DNA of 33,016 nt, taken from contig NC_057758.1 in NCBI RefSeq assembly GCF_004010195.1, positions 7,566,463 to 7,599,478 of the forward strand, in the 5' to 3' direction. The notes beneath the pieces were generated by a model that was not told the DNA's origin, did not search any database, and worked only from the letters and a program-made list of their open reading frames with translations. The position numbers and the translations under genes were made by a program. This stretch comes from Chiloscyllium plagiosum. Taxonomy: Eukaryota. Positions 11,618 through 23,134 of the stretch are shown piece by piece. The first letter of the stretch is position 1, and each line of letters begins with the position of its first letter.

Positions 11618-14458
11618 TGAATTGGACTCTGAACTCGTGACACTGAGTTGGGAAAACCTTATTTCTTGCCAGGTATGTGCTATCTGTACCTATGTGGATC
11701 AGTAAGATTGTCTTATCCCCATCCCATTGTGAACTTATCGACAGCCCTGACCTTGGGCCCTGAAGACCAGCACAGGAAGAGAACACAGCCTCCTAGACAC
11801 ACGTTCATTGCTGCAGAAAACGCTCACATACTGCAGCTGTGACACATTACTTATTGACACTGGCCTTAATGTCCTCAAATTAAATGCTTCATTTTCTCGA
11901 ATTAAGTTTTTACGTGCATGTACACGTTTTCACGTCTTTTCTTGAACTTACACTTCTTCGCTAGATTAATATAAAGCTTACAATAGGTATTCTAGTGTAA
12001 GACCCACCCAAGTTGTAAGTTGCTGTCGTTTGACAAGATTCATACGCTCCAAGCAAAATGGATCGATCTGACTCAGTTATGGAGGAGCCATTTTCAGCTG
12101 CTTCTTTGAGTAAATAATGCCAAGTGTATTGTTCCCTAGGGCAGATCTTGTCAAACTCTCCTTTAATGTGGGAATTTCACATCTTTACCTGTCGATTTCA
12201 GTTAACTTCAATCTAATAACCCGTACAAACAAGATTTGATTTGCCCAAAAGTTCAGATTCTCTTGCCTAGTTGTCCATTTTCCTTTTAAACTTTTCTCTC
12301 TTCGGTCAAATTGCATCACCTTGAAGAATGAGAATGGTGGTGGAGGGATAATGGGAATTTCACTGCAATAATCATCCAGAAACACAAGAGAACAGCGCTA
12401 CCATAACAGCTGGTGAAATGTGAAACAGAAAAAAAAAACATGTAATAAAGAAGCAGCTGTAACAATTCTCAATTTTCCTAAAAATCCATCTATTTCCTGA
12501 AAATTTGTTCAGGAGAAAGAACGATATGTTTCACTTAGTCTGCCACTATTTGACTGCAGATCCAGTTCAATGTGTCATGGTATCTCAGTTGCCCTTCGGC
12601 TGATTATTGATAGATAATGAACGTTGGAATATGTCACTCACACCCCATGAACAAATGAATAATCTGGAATTTACAATAAGGCAAGATGGAATGGGATGTA
12701 ATTCAGGATGGAATTCACCTGTTGAAAGCATGCTGGCCTGTGACAATTCACATCATGGGCAGGACTCTCGATCCTGAGGGGAACAGATGCCTCGAAGTGT
12801 TTTCCGTCAGAAAGAGAGTGCAGAGAAACCAGGGTTTGGGGGATAGCTGGGCAAATCAGACAATTAACGTAATGAAGCCTGGACAAGCACATGTGTAACA
12901 GCAACACCAACTGAGAAGGCTGAATGGTCTCTTACTTTTGCCCACTCTACCCTATCCTCTCACACCCATACATTGCTTATCTCAACAGACTAAAAGCTAA
13001 CTTCTTTCGTGCTGAAAGGGCCAATACTGCGCGGTGATGCTCTATGTTCTATGAGCTAACTTCCTTTGTTAGCTGAGCGGTTCCATAAAAAGCATGTACT
13101 GCGCTGTGATGTTCTTAATGCTCTATGAGTCTAACTTCCTTTAATAGTTCAGCGGTTCCATGAAGGGCCTGTACTGCACTGTCATGTTCAAAGTTATATT
13201 AGTCTAACTTCCTTAATCAGCCGAGCCGTTTCATCAAGGTCCTGTACTGCGCTAAAATCTTCCATGTTGTATGAGTGTAACTTCCTTTATGAGCCGAGCG
13301 GTTCCTCAAAGGGCCTGCACTGCACTGTCATATTCGATGTTCGTTGAGTCGAACCTCGTTTATTAGCTGAGCGGTTCCAAAAAGGGCCTGTACTGCACTT
13401 AATGTTCTATGAGTGCAACTTTCTCTATTAGCCAAGCTGTATGTAAAGGGCCTGTGCTGTGCAGTCATATTCTATGTTGTATTTGCCCAACTTTCTTTAT
13501 CAGTCAAGGGGTTCTCTAAAGGGACTTTACTACACTGTAATGCTATTTGTTCGATGAGTCTAACTTCCTTTATGAGCCGAGCGGTTCCATAAAGGTCCTG
13601 TAATGTGCTGTTCTATGAGTGGAAATTTCATTAACAGCTGAGCGGTTGCATGAAGGGCCAGCACTGCACTGTCATAGTTTAGTTTGTATTAGTTTAATGA
13701 TCTTTACGAGCCTAGCAGTTCCATAAAAGGCATGTAATGTGCTGCAATGTTCTATGTTAGACAGTCTAACATCCGTTATTAGCTGAGCTGTTCCATAAGT
13801 GCCTGCATAGCGCTGTAATGCTCTGTGTTCTATGAGTCTAACGTACATTATTAGCCGAACTGTTCTGTAAAGGGCATGTACTGCGTTGAAATGTTCTATA
13901 TTCTCTGAGCTCCATCTCCTTTATTAGCTGAGCGGTCCAAAAGAGGGCCTGCACTGCACTGTCATAGTCTAGGTTGAATTAGTCTAATGTCCTTTATGGG
14001 CATAGCATTTCCGTAAAGGGCCTGTAATGCGCTGTAATGTTCTATGTTGTATTAGTCTAACTTCCTTAATGAGCCGAGCGGTTCCATAAAGGGCCTGTAC
14101 TGCGCTGTAATGCTCTATGTTCTGTGAGTCTAACATTCTTTATTATCCAAGCATTCCATAAAACTCTATACTGAGCGGTAATGTTTAATGTTCTATGAGT
14201 CTAACTTGCTTTATTTGCCAAGCGGTTCCATAAGTGGCCTGTAGCGCGCTGTGATGTTCGACGTTGTATTAGTCTAGTATCCGTTATGAGCCGAGCGGTT
14301 CCATAAAGAGCCTGTACTGCTCTGTCATATTCTATGTTGTATCAGTCCAACTTCCTTAATCAGCCAAGCGATCCCGTAAAGGACCTGTCCTGCTCGAGAA
14401 TGCTCTATGTTCTCTGAGTCTAACTTGCTTTATTAGCTGCGTGGTTCCGGAAAGGACC

Positions 14459-14735
14459 GGTGGCACAGTGGTTAGCACTGCTGCCTCACAGCGTAAGAGA
14501 CCTGGGTTCCATTCCCGACTCAGGCGACTGAATGTGTGGAGTTTGCACATTCTCCCTGTGTCTCCGTGGGTTTCCTCCGGGTGCTCCGGTTTCCACCCAC
14601 AATCACAAAGATGTGCACGTCAGGTGAATTGGCCATGTTAAAGAGGTAAATGTACGGGAATGGGTGGGTTGCGGGTCGGTGTGGACTTGTTGGGCCGAAG
14701 GGCCTGTTTCCACACTGTAAGTAATCTAATCTAAT
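14459..14735 (+). mobile_element. tRNA-derived V-SINE, HE1-like, inserted in the array
   Basis: Pol III A box TGGCACAGTGG at 14461-14471 and B box GGTTCCATTCC at 14505-14515. V-domain core tgtgtggagtttgcacattctccc...gggtttcctccgggtgctccggtttcc. CR1-like tail gggccgaagggcctgtttcc followed by (TAATC)n. Confidence 0.93.
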
Positions 14736-16273
14736 GCACTGTAATGTTTATGTTGTATTCGTCTAGCTTCCTCTTTCATTCGAGCGGTTCCATAAAGGGA
14801 CTGTACTGAGCTGTCATGTTCTGTGTGCTATGAGTCTAACTTCCTTTTTTAACTGAGCGATTCCATAAAAGGCGTGTACTGCGCTGTAATGCTCTATTTC
14901 CCATGAATATAACGGTCATAATAGGCCGAGCGGTTCCCTAAAGGGCCTGTAATGCACTCTAATGTTCTGTGTGTCTAACTTCCTGTATTATCCGAGCGGT
15001 TCCATAAAGCACCTGAACTGTGCTGTAATGTTCTCTGTTCTACGTTCTATGAGCCTAACTTCCGTTATTAGAAGAGTGGTTCCATAAAGGGCCTGTACTG
15101 CACTGTCAAAGCCGAGGTTGTATTCGTCTAATGAACTTTTTGTGCCGAGTGGTTCCGTAACGGGCTGTACTACGCTGTAATGTGCAACTTCATATTCGTC
15201 GAAATGTTTTTATTCGTCGAGTTGTGCCAGAACGGGCTTGTACTGCGCTGTAATCTTCTATCTACTATGAGTCTAACATCCTTTATTCGCCAAACGGTTC
15301 CATAAGCCTAATGTAGTGCGCCATGATGTTCTGTGTTCTGTGAGTCTAACTTCCTTTATTTGTTGAGCAATTCCATAAAGGGCCTGTACATCGCTGTAAT
15401 GTTCTATGTTTTTTTGAGTCAAACTTCGTTTATTAGCCGAGCGGTCCCATAAAGGTCATGCATGGAGCTGTGATGCGCTATGTCCCATGAGTTAAACATC
15501 ATTTATTAGCCTTGTAATTCCATGAAGTGATGTATCATTATATGTTTTATTGGTCTAACGTCCTTTATTAGACGAGCGGTTCCAGGCAGGGCATGTTCTC
15601 TACGTTCTGTGTGTCCAACTTCCTTTATTACCCAAGCGGTTCCATAAACAGCCTGTACTGCGCTGATATGTTCTGTGATGTATTAGACTAACTTCCTTTA
15701 TCTGCTGAGTGATTCCATAAAAGGGCCTATACTGTTCTGTAATGTTTTATGTTATATTAATTTGACTTCCCTTATTTGCCAAGCGGCTCCACTAAGTGCC
15801 TGTACTATGTTTTCCTGTTCGAAGTTGTATCAGGCTAACTTCCTTAATCAGGTGAGCGGATCCATAAAGGATCCATAAAATACTTCGCTGTAATGTTCGA
15901 TGTTCTACGAGTCTAACTTCATTTATCAGCCCAGCAGTTCCGTAAAGTCGTGTAGTGCACTGTAATGTTCTCTGTTCTGGGAGTGTAACTTTCACTATTA
16001 GCCAAGCATTCCATGGAGGGTCTATACCGCGCTGTAATGTTCTATGTTGTATTAGCCTAACTTCCAGAATCAGCCAAGCGGTTCCATTTACGTCCAGTAC
16101 TGCGCTGTGATGTTCGATGTTGTATTAGTCTAACATCCGTTACGAGCCGAGCAGTTCCACAAAGGTCATGTACTGCGCTGTAATGTTCAATGTTCTATGA
16201 GTCTAACTTTCTTTATTCGCCGAGCGGTTCCAAAAAGGGCCTGTAATACGCTGTAATGCTGTATGTTATATTA

Positions 16274-16421
16274 GCTGAAAATGTGTTGCTGGAACCGCGC
16301 AGCAGGTCAGGCACCTTCAAGGCACAGGAGAATCGACGTTTCGGGCATAAGCCCTTCTTCAGGAACCCGAAACGTCAATTCTCCTGTTCCCTGGATGCTG
16401 CCTGACCTACTGCGCCGTTTC
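16274..16421. mobile_element. Fold-back Penelope-like terminal fragment inserted in the array
   Basis: Inverted arms ~16290-16345 and 16366-16423. The minus strand reads TTC-CTGAAGA-AGGGCTTATGCCC-GAAACGTC-GATT (16365-16331). Confidence 0.75.
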
Positions 16422-19400
16422 AGTCTAACTTCCTTAATCAACCGGGTGGATGCATAAAGGGCTTGCACTCCGTTGTAATGTTCCATGTTCTATGAGTCTA
16501 GCTTCATTTATCATCCGAGCGGTTCTGTTAAGAGGAACTGTAATGTTCTATGTTCTGTGAGTGCAACTTTCACTATTAGCCAAGCAGCTCCATGGAGAGT
16601 CTGTATGCGCTGTTTTGTTCCATGTTGTATTAGTCTAATGTTCGTTATTAGCTGTGCGGTTCCATACAGGACCTGTACTGATCTCTCATATTCTATGTTG
16701 TATTAGTCCACCTTCCTTAATCAGCCATGAAGTACCTGTCCTGCGCTATAATGATCTATGTTTTAGTAGTTTAATTTCCTTTCTAAGCTGACCAGTTCCA
16801 TAAAGAGTCTGTAATGCGCTGTAATGTTCGATGTTCTATGAGTCTAACTTGCTTTAATAGCTGTGCGGTTCCGGAAAGGACCAGTAACGCACTGTAATGT
16901 TCATGTTGAATTCGACTAGCTTCCTATATCATTCGAGCGATTCCATAAAGGGTCTGTACTGCGCTGAAATGTACTACTTTGTATTCGTATAACTTCTTTT
17001 ATTGGTCGAGTGGTTCGATAAAGGGTCTTTACTGCATTGTAATAATCTATCTTTTATGAGTCTAACATCCATTATTAACCAATTGGTTCCATAAGAAGAA
17101 TGCAGTGCGCCATGATGTTCTGCGTTCTTTGAGTGTAACTTTCTTTATTTGTTTAGCGATTCCATAAAGGGCCTGTACAGTGCTGTAACGTTCTATGTTC
17201 TATGAGTCTAACTTCCTTTATTAGCCGAGCGGTTCCATAAAGTTCATATACGGAGATGTGATGCGCTATGTTCCATGAGTCAAACTTCGTTTATGAGCCG
17301 TGCGATTCCATGAAGTGATGTACCATTATATGTTGTATTAGTCTAACATCCTTTATTAGACGAGCGGTTCCATGCAGGGCATGTAACCTACGTTCTGTGT
17401 GTCTAACTTCCTTTATTACTCAAGCGGTTCCATAAACAGCCTGTGCTGCGCTGATATGTTCTGTAATGTATTAGACTAACTTCCTTTATCTGCTGAGTGG
17501 TTCCACAAAGGGCCTATACTGTGCTGTAATGTTTTATGTTGTATTAATCTGACTTCCGTTATTAGCGAGCGGTTCCAATAAGCGCCTGTACTATGTTTTC
17601 CTGTTCGAAGTTGTATCGGTCGAACTTCCTTAATCAGGGGAGCGGATCAATAAAGGATCTATAAAGTACTTCGCTGTAATGTTCTATGTTCTGTGAGTCT
17701 AACTTCATTTATCTGCCCAGCGGTTCCATAACGTCGCGTTGTGCACTGTAATGTTCTCTGTTCTGTGAGTGTAACATTCACTATTAGCCAAGCAGTTCCA
17801 CGGAGGGTCTGTACTGCGCTGTAATGTTCTATGTTGTATTCGTATAACTTCCAGAATCAGCCAAGTAGTTCCATATACGTCCAGTACTGCACGTGATGTT
17901 CGATGTTGTATTAGTCTAACATCCGTTATGAGCCGAGCAGTTCCATAAAGGGCCTCTACTGCACTGTCATGTTCTATGTTCTATGAGTCTAACTTCTTTT
18001 ATTCGACGAACGGTTCTAGAAATGACCCGTAGTGCACTGTCATATTCAAAGTTGCATTAGTCTAACTTCCTTTATTAGCCGAGCGGTTCTAAAAATCTCC
18101 TGTACTGCGCTGTAATGTTCTGTGTGTTATGTGACTAACTTCCTTAATCAGTCGAGCGGTTCCATAAAGGGTCTGTACTACGTGGTAATGTTCCATGTTC
18201 GATGAGTCTAACTTCCTTAATCAGCCGAGCGGTTCCAGAAAGGGGCTGTACTACGCTGTAATGTTATGTGATGTACCAGTCTAACTTCCTTTATCAGCCA
18301 AGGGGTTCCTTAAACGGCTTGTAATGCGCTGTAGTTATCGATGTTGGATAAGTCTAACTTCCGTTAACAGCCGAGTGGTTCCATGAAAGGCCTGTACTAC
18401 ACTGTGATGTTCTTGGCTCTAGGAGTCTAACTTCCTTTATTAGCCGAGAGGTGCCCTAAAGGGCCTGTACTGCGCTGTAATGGTTTATGCTGTAGTAGTC
18501 TAACTTCCTTTTTTCGCCAAAGGGTTCTGTAAATGGAATGTACCGAGCCGCAATTATCTCTGTTGTATTAACCTCACTTCTTTTACTGTCTGAGCGGTGT
18601 CCCACTGAGCCTGTACTGCGCTGCAATGTTCTCTGCTGTCTAACTTCCTTTATTAGCCAAAGGGGTCCGTAAACGACCTGTACTGTGCTGTAATTATCTA
18701 TGTTTTATTAGTCTCACTTCCTTTATCAGCCAAGTGGTTCCATAAAAGAGGTTTAATGCGCTGTAATGTGTTATGCTCTATGAGTGTAGCTTCCATGATT
18801 ATTAGCTGAGTTGTTTCAGAAAAGGGCCTGTACTACGTTGTAATATTCCATATTCACTGAGCTCAACTTCCTTTTTTAGCCGAGCGGTTCAAAACAGGGC
18901 ATGTACTGCGCTGTCATAGTCTTGGTTGAATTAGTCTAATGCCCTTTATGGGCGTAAAATTTCCATAAAGGGCCTGTAATGCACTGTAATGTTCTATGTT
19001 GTATTCATCTAACTTCCTTTATCAGCCGAGGCGTTCCATAAGCGGCCTGCAGTGCACTATATTGTTCCACGTTGTACTAGTTTAATGTTTGTTATTAGCC
19101 AAGTGGTTCCATAACGCGCCTGTACTGCATTGTAATGTTCTATGTTCTATGTGTCTAACTTCCTGTCTTAGAAGAAACGTTCCATAAAGGGCTTATATTG
19201 CGCTGTATTGTTCTATGTTGTATTAGGCTAAATTCCTTTATCAGATGAATAATTCAATAAATTAATTGCACGGCGCTGTGATCTTCTATATTCTATGAGT
19301 CTAACTTTCTTTATTAGCCGAGCGGTTCCATCAAAGACCCGTACAGTGTTGTAATGTTTTACGTTCTATGAGTCTAATTTCCTTTATGAGACAAGCGGTT

Positions 19401-21375
19401 CCATAAAGCTGTGTGCTGCGCTGTCATATTCAATCTTGTATTACTCTAACGTCCGTTATTAGTCGAGGGGTTCTATTAAGGGCCTATACTGTGCGTTCAT
19501 GTTCGAAGTTGTTTCAGACTAACTTCCTTACTCAACCGAGTGGATCTATAAAGGCATTGTACTACGCTGTAGTGTTCCATATTCTATGAGTCTAGCTTCA
19601 TTTATCAGCCAAGCGGTTCTGTAAAGTCGTGTAGTGCACTATAATGTTCTAAGATCGGTGAGTGTAACTTTCAGTATTAACCGAGTAGTTCCATGGTAGG
19701 CCTGTACTGCGCTGTAATGTTCTATATTGTATTAGTCTAACTTCCTGAATCAGCCAAGCGGTTCCATAAAAGGCCAGTACTGCGCTGTGATGTTCGATAT
19801 TGTATGAGTTAACATCCGTTATTAGCCGAGTGGTTCCATAAAGGGCCTATATGGCACTGTAATGTTCTATGTTCTATGAGTCTAACTTCATTTATTAGAC
19901 TAATGGTTCTAGAAATGACCCGTAGTGCGCTATCATATTCAAAGTTGTATTAGTCTAACTTCCTTTATTCGGCGAGCAGTTCCATAAAGCTCCTGTACTG
20001 CGCTGTTATGTTCTGTGTTCTGTGAGAGTAACTTCCTTAATCAGTCGAGCAGTTCCATAAAGGGTCTGTACTGCGTGGTCATGTTCCATGTTCGATGAGT
20101 CAAACATCCTTTATCAGCCGAGCCGTTCCAGAAAGGGCCTGTACTACACTGTGATGTTGTGTGTTGTACCAGTCTAACTTCCTTTCTTAGCCGAGGGATT
20201 CATAAACGGCTTGTAACGCGCTTTAATTATCTATGTTGGATCAGTCTAATTCCCCTTAACAGCCGAGTGGTTCCGCAAAGGGCCTGTACTACATTGTGAT
20301 GTTCTTTGGTCTAGAAGTCTAACTTCCTTTATTAGCCAATCGGTGCTCTAAAGGGCCAGTGCTATGCTGTAATGTTTTAAGCTGTACTAGTGTAACTTCC
20401 TTTATTCGCCAAAGGGTTCCATAAACGGCCTGCACTGTGATCTAATTACCTATGTTGTCTTAGACTCACTTCCTTTATCAGCCGAGAGGTTCTACACGGG
20501 AAGTGTAGTGCGCAGTAATGTTCTTTGTTCTTTAAGTGTAACTTCCATTACCAGCCGAGTGGTTCCATAAAGGGGCAGTACTGCGTTATGATGTTCTATG
20601 TTGAATTATTCTAACATTCTTTGTTAGCTGAGCATTTCGATAAAGGGCGTGTACTGCGTTGTAATGCTCTACGTTCTATGAGTCTAACTTTCTTTATTAG
20701 CCAAGCGTTTCTTTAAAGGACCTGCACTGTGCTCTTCCACGTTTGATGTGTCTAACTTCCTTGGTTAGCCGAATGGTTCAAGAAAGGGCCTGTAATGCGC
20801 TGTCATATTTTATGTTGTATTAGTCTAACGTCGTCTATTGGCTGAGCAGTTCCATAAAGGCCCAGTACTGCGCTTAATGTTCCATGAGTCTAAGATCCTT
20901 TATTAGACTATGTTGTATTAGTCAAATTTACTTTATTAGTCGAGCAGTTTCATAAGGGACCCGTACTGTTCTGTAATGTTCTATGTTTTATGAGTCTAAC
21001 TTCAATTATTAGACGAGCGGTTCTAGAAAGCGCCCGTACTGCGCTGTCATGTTTTAAGATGTATTAGTCTAACTTCTTTATTAGCTGAGCGGTACCAGAA
21101 AGGGACTTTACTGTGCGGTAATGTTCCAAGTTCTATGAACCTAACTTTGGTAATCAGCCGAGCGGTTCCATAAAGACTCTGTGCTGTTCTATCATATTTT
21201 ATGTCGTATTAGTCTAACTTCCTTTATCAGCTGAGAGGATCTGTAATGGATCTGTACTGCGCTGTAATTATCCATGTTGCATGAGTCTAACTTCCTTTAT
21301 CAGCTGAGCGGTTCCATCAAATGTCTGTACTGCACTGTAATGTTCTATGTTGTATCAGTCTAATATCCGTTATTA

Positions 21376-21596
21376 TCTTTGAGGAGAAAGTGAGGTCTGC
21401 AGATGCTGGAGATCAGAGCTGAAAATGTCTGGCTGGAAAAGCGCAGCAGTTCAGGCAGCATCCAGGGAACAGGAGAATCGACGTTTCGGGCATAAGCCCT
21501 TCTTCAGGAAGAAGGGCTTATGCCCGAAACGTCTATTCTCCTGTTCCCTGGATGCTGCCTGACCTGCTGCGATTTTCCAGCAACACATTTTTAGCC
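21376..21596. mobile_element. Fold-back Penelope-like terminal fragment (88-bp inverted arms) inserted in the array
   Basis: Arms 21418-21505 and 21508-21595. Flanked by an imperfect duplication, aatatccgttatta (21362-21375) and aacatccattatta (21597-21610). Confidence 0.8.
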
Positions 21597-22031
21597 AACA
21601 TCCATTATTAGCCTTGCAATTTCCATAAAGAGCCTGTACCGCGCTGTAATATTCTGTGTTCTATGTGTCTAAGTTCCTTTATCAGCCAAGAGGATCTATA
21701 ATGAGTCTATACTGCGCTGTAATTATCTATGTTGTATTAATCTAACTTCCTGTATTAGCTGGGCCCTTTCAAAAAGGACTTGTACTGCACTGTCATGTTC
21801 TATGTTGAATTAGTCTAACGTCCATTATTAGCCGAGCATTTTCATAAAGGGCCTGTACCACACTGTAATGTGCTATGTTCAATGAGTCTAACTTCCTTTA
21901 TTGGACGACCGTTTCCATAAAGGGTCTGTACTGCGCTGTTAAGTTATATGTTCTATGTCTCTAACTTCCTTTATTAATTGAGCCGTTCTATAAAGGCATG
22001 TACTGCGCTGTCATATTCTATGTTGTATTAG

Positions 22032-22276
22032 GTAAAAACAATGACTGCAGATGCTGGAAACCAGAGTCTAGATTAGAGTGGTGCTGGAAAAGCACAGCAG
22101 TTCAGGCAGCATCCGAGGAGCAGTAAAATCGAAGTTTCGGGCAAAAGTCTCCCCACCCCCAATCTCCTCTCACTTATCTCTCCACCCTTCAGGCTCTCTG
22201 CCTGTATTCCTGATGAAGGGCTTTTGCTCAAAACGTCGATTTTACTGCTCCTCGGATGCTGCCTGAACTGCTGTAC
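22032..22276. mobile_element. Fold-back Penelope-like terminal fragment with 15-bp TSD inserted in the array
   Basis: TSD tctatgttgtattag at 22017-22031 and 22277-22291. Inverted arms ~22091-22147 and 22221-22277. ATTC-CTGATGA-AGGGCTTTTGCTC-AAAACGTC at 22206-22237. Confidence 0.8.
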
Positions 22277-23134
22277 TCTATGTTGTATTAGTCTAACTTG
22301 TTTTATCAGCTGAGCGGTCCCATAAACGGACTGTATTGCCCTGTAATGTAATATGTCCTATGAGTCTAACATTCTTTATTGGCCAAGTGGGTCTATAAAG
22401 GGCCTGCACTGTAATGGTCTATATTGCATTAGTCTAACTTCCTTTATTAGACGAGTGGTTCCATAAAATGCCTGTACTGCGCTGTCATATTCTCTGTTGT
22501 ATCAGTCTAATGGCCTTACAATTGTATAAAAGACCTGTACCTCGCTATAATGTTCTATGATCTATGTGTCTAACTTGTTTGATTAGCTAGCGTTTCCATT
22601 AAGGGCCTGTAATGCGCTGTAATGTTCTATGTTGTATTAGTCTAACGTCCGTTATTAGCCGAGCAGTTCCATAATGGGCGAGTACTGCTCTGTAATGTTC
22701 TATGTTTTATGAGTCTAACTTCCTTTTTGAGACGAGCGGTTCTAGAAAGCGCCAGTACTGTGCTGTCATATTTGAAGTTGTATGAGTCGAACTACCTTTA
22801 TTAGCCAATTGGTTCTATAAATGGCCTGTACTGCGCAGTAATATCCCATGTTCTATGAATCTAACTTCCTTAAACAGACGAGCGGTTCCATAAAGACTCT
22901 GTGCTGTGCTATCATATTCTATGTTGTATTAGTCTAACTTCCTTTATCAGCCAAGAGCATCTATAATGGGCCGGTACTGCGTTGTAATTATCTATGTTGT
23001 ATTAGTCTAACTTCCTTTAGCAGCCGAGCGGTTCCATCAAGGGCCCGTACCGCACTGTAATGTTCTGTGTTGCATCGTCTAACATCCTTTATTAGCCTTG
23101 CATTTTTATAAAGGGCCTGCACCGCGCTGTAAAA

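Larger units (their letters stand above)
12995..23133 (+). repeat. 73-bp tandem repeat array (about 125 diverged units, estimated) partly derived from the CR1 3' terminus
   Basis: Consensus by eye GAGTCTAACTTCCTTTATTAGCCGAGCGGTTCCATAAAGGGCCTGTACTGCGCTGTAATGTTCTATGTTCTAT. The motif agtctaacttcc recurs at 13128, 13201 and ~13274 (period 73). Copy number estimated as ~9.2 kb / 73 after removing inserts. Confidence 0.97.

Noticed and set aside
12170..12400. Upstream non-coding exon of the GPCR (donor-like CAG|GTAAAG near 12188, minus)
   Set aside because: A lone splice-like motif with no supporting acceptor or transcript evidence.
14459..14530. tRNA gene
   Set aside because: It is the tRNA-derived head of the SINE.
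12995..23133. CRISPR-like array
   Set aside because: All of the 73-bp unit repeats with diffuse divergence. There are no unique spacers or cas genes, and the context is vertebrate.
12995..23133. Tandem tRNA cluster or coding repeat
   Set aside because: The unit is tRNA-sized but has no A/B boxes or cloverleaf. 73 is not a multiple of 3, and the short ORFs are incidental.
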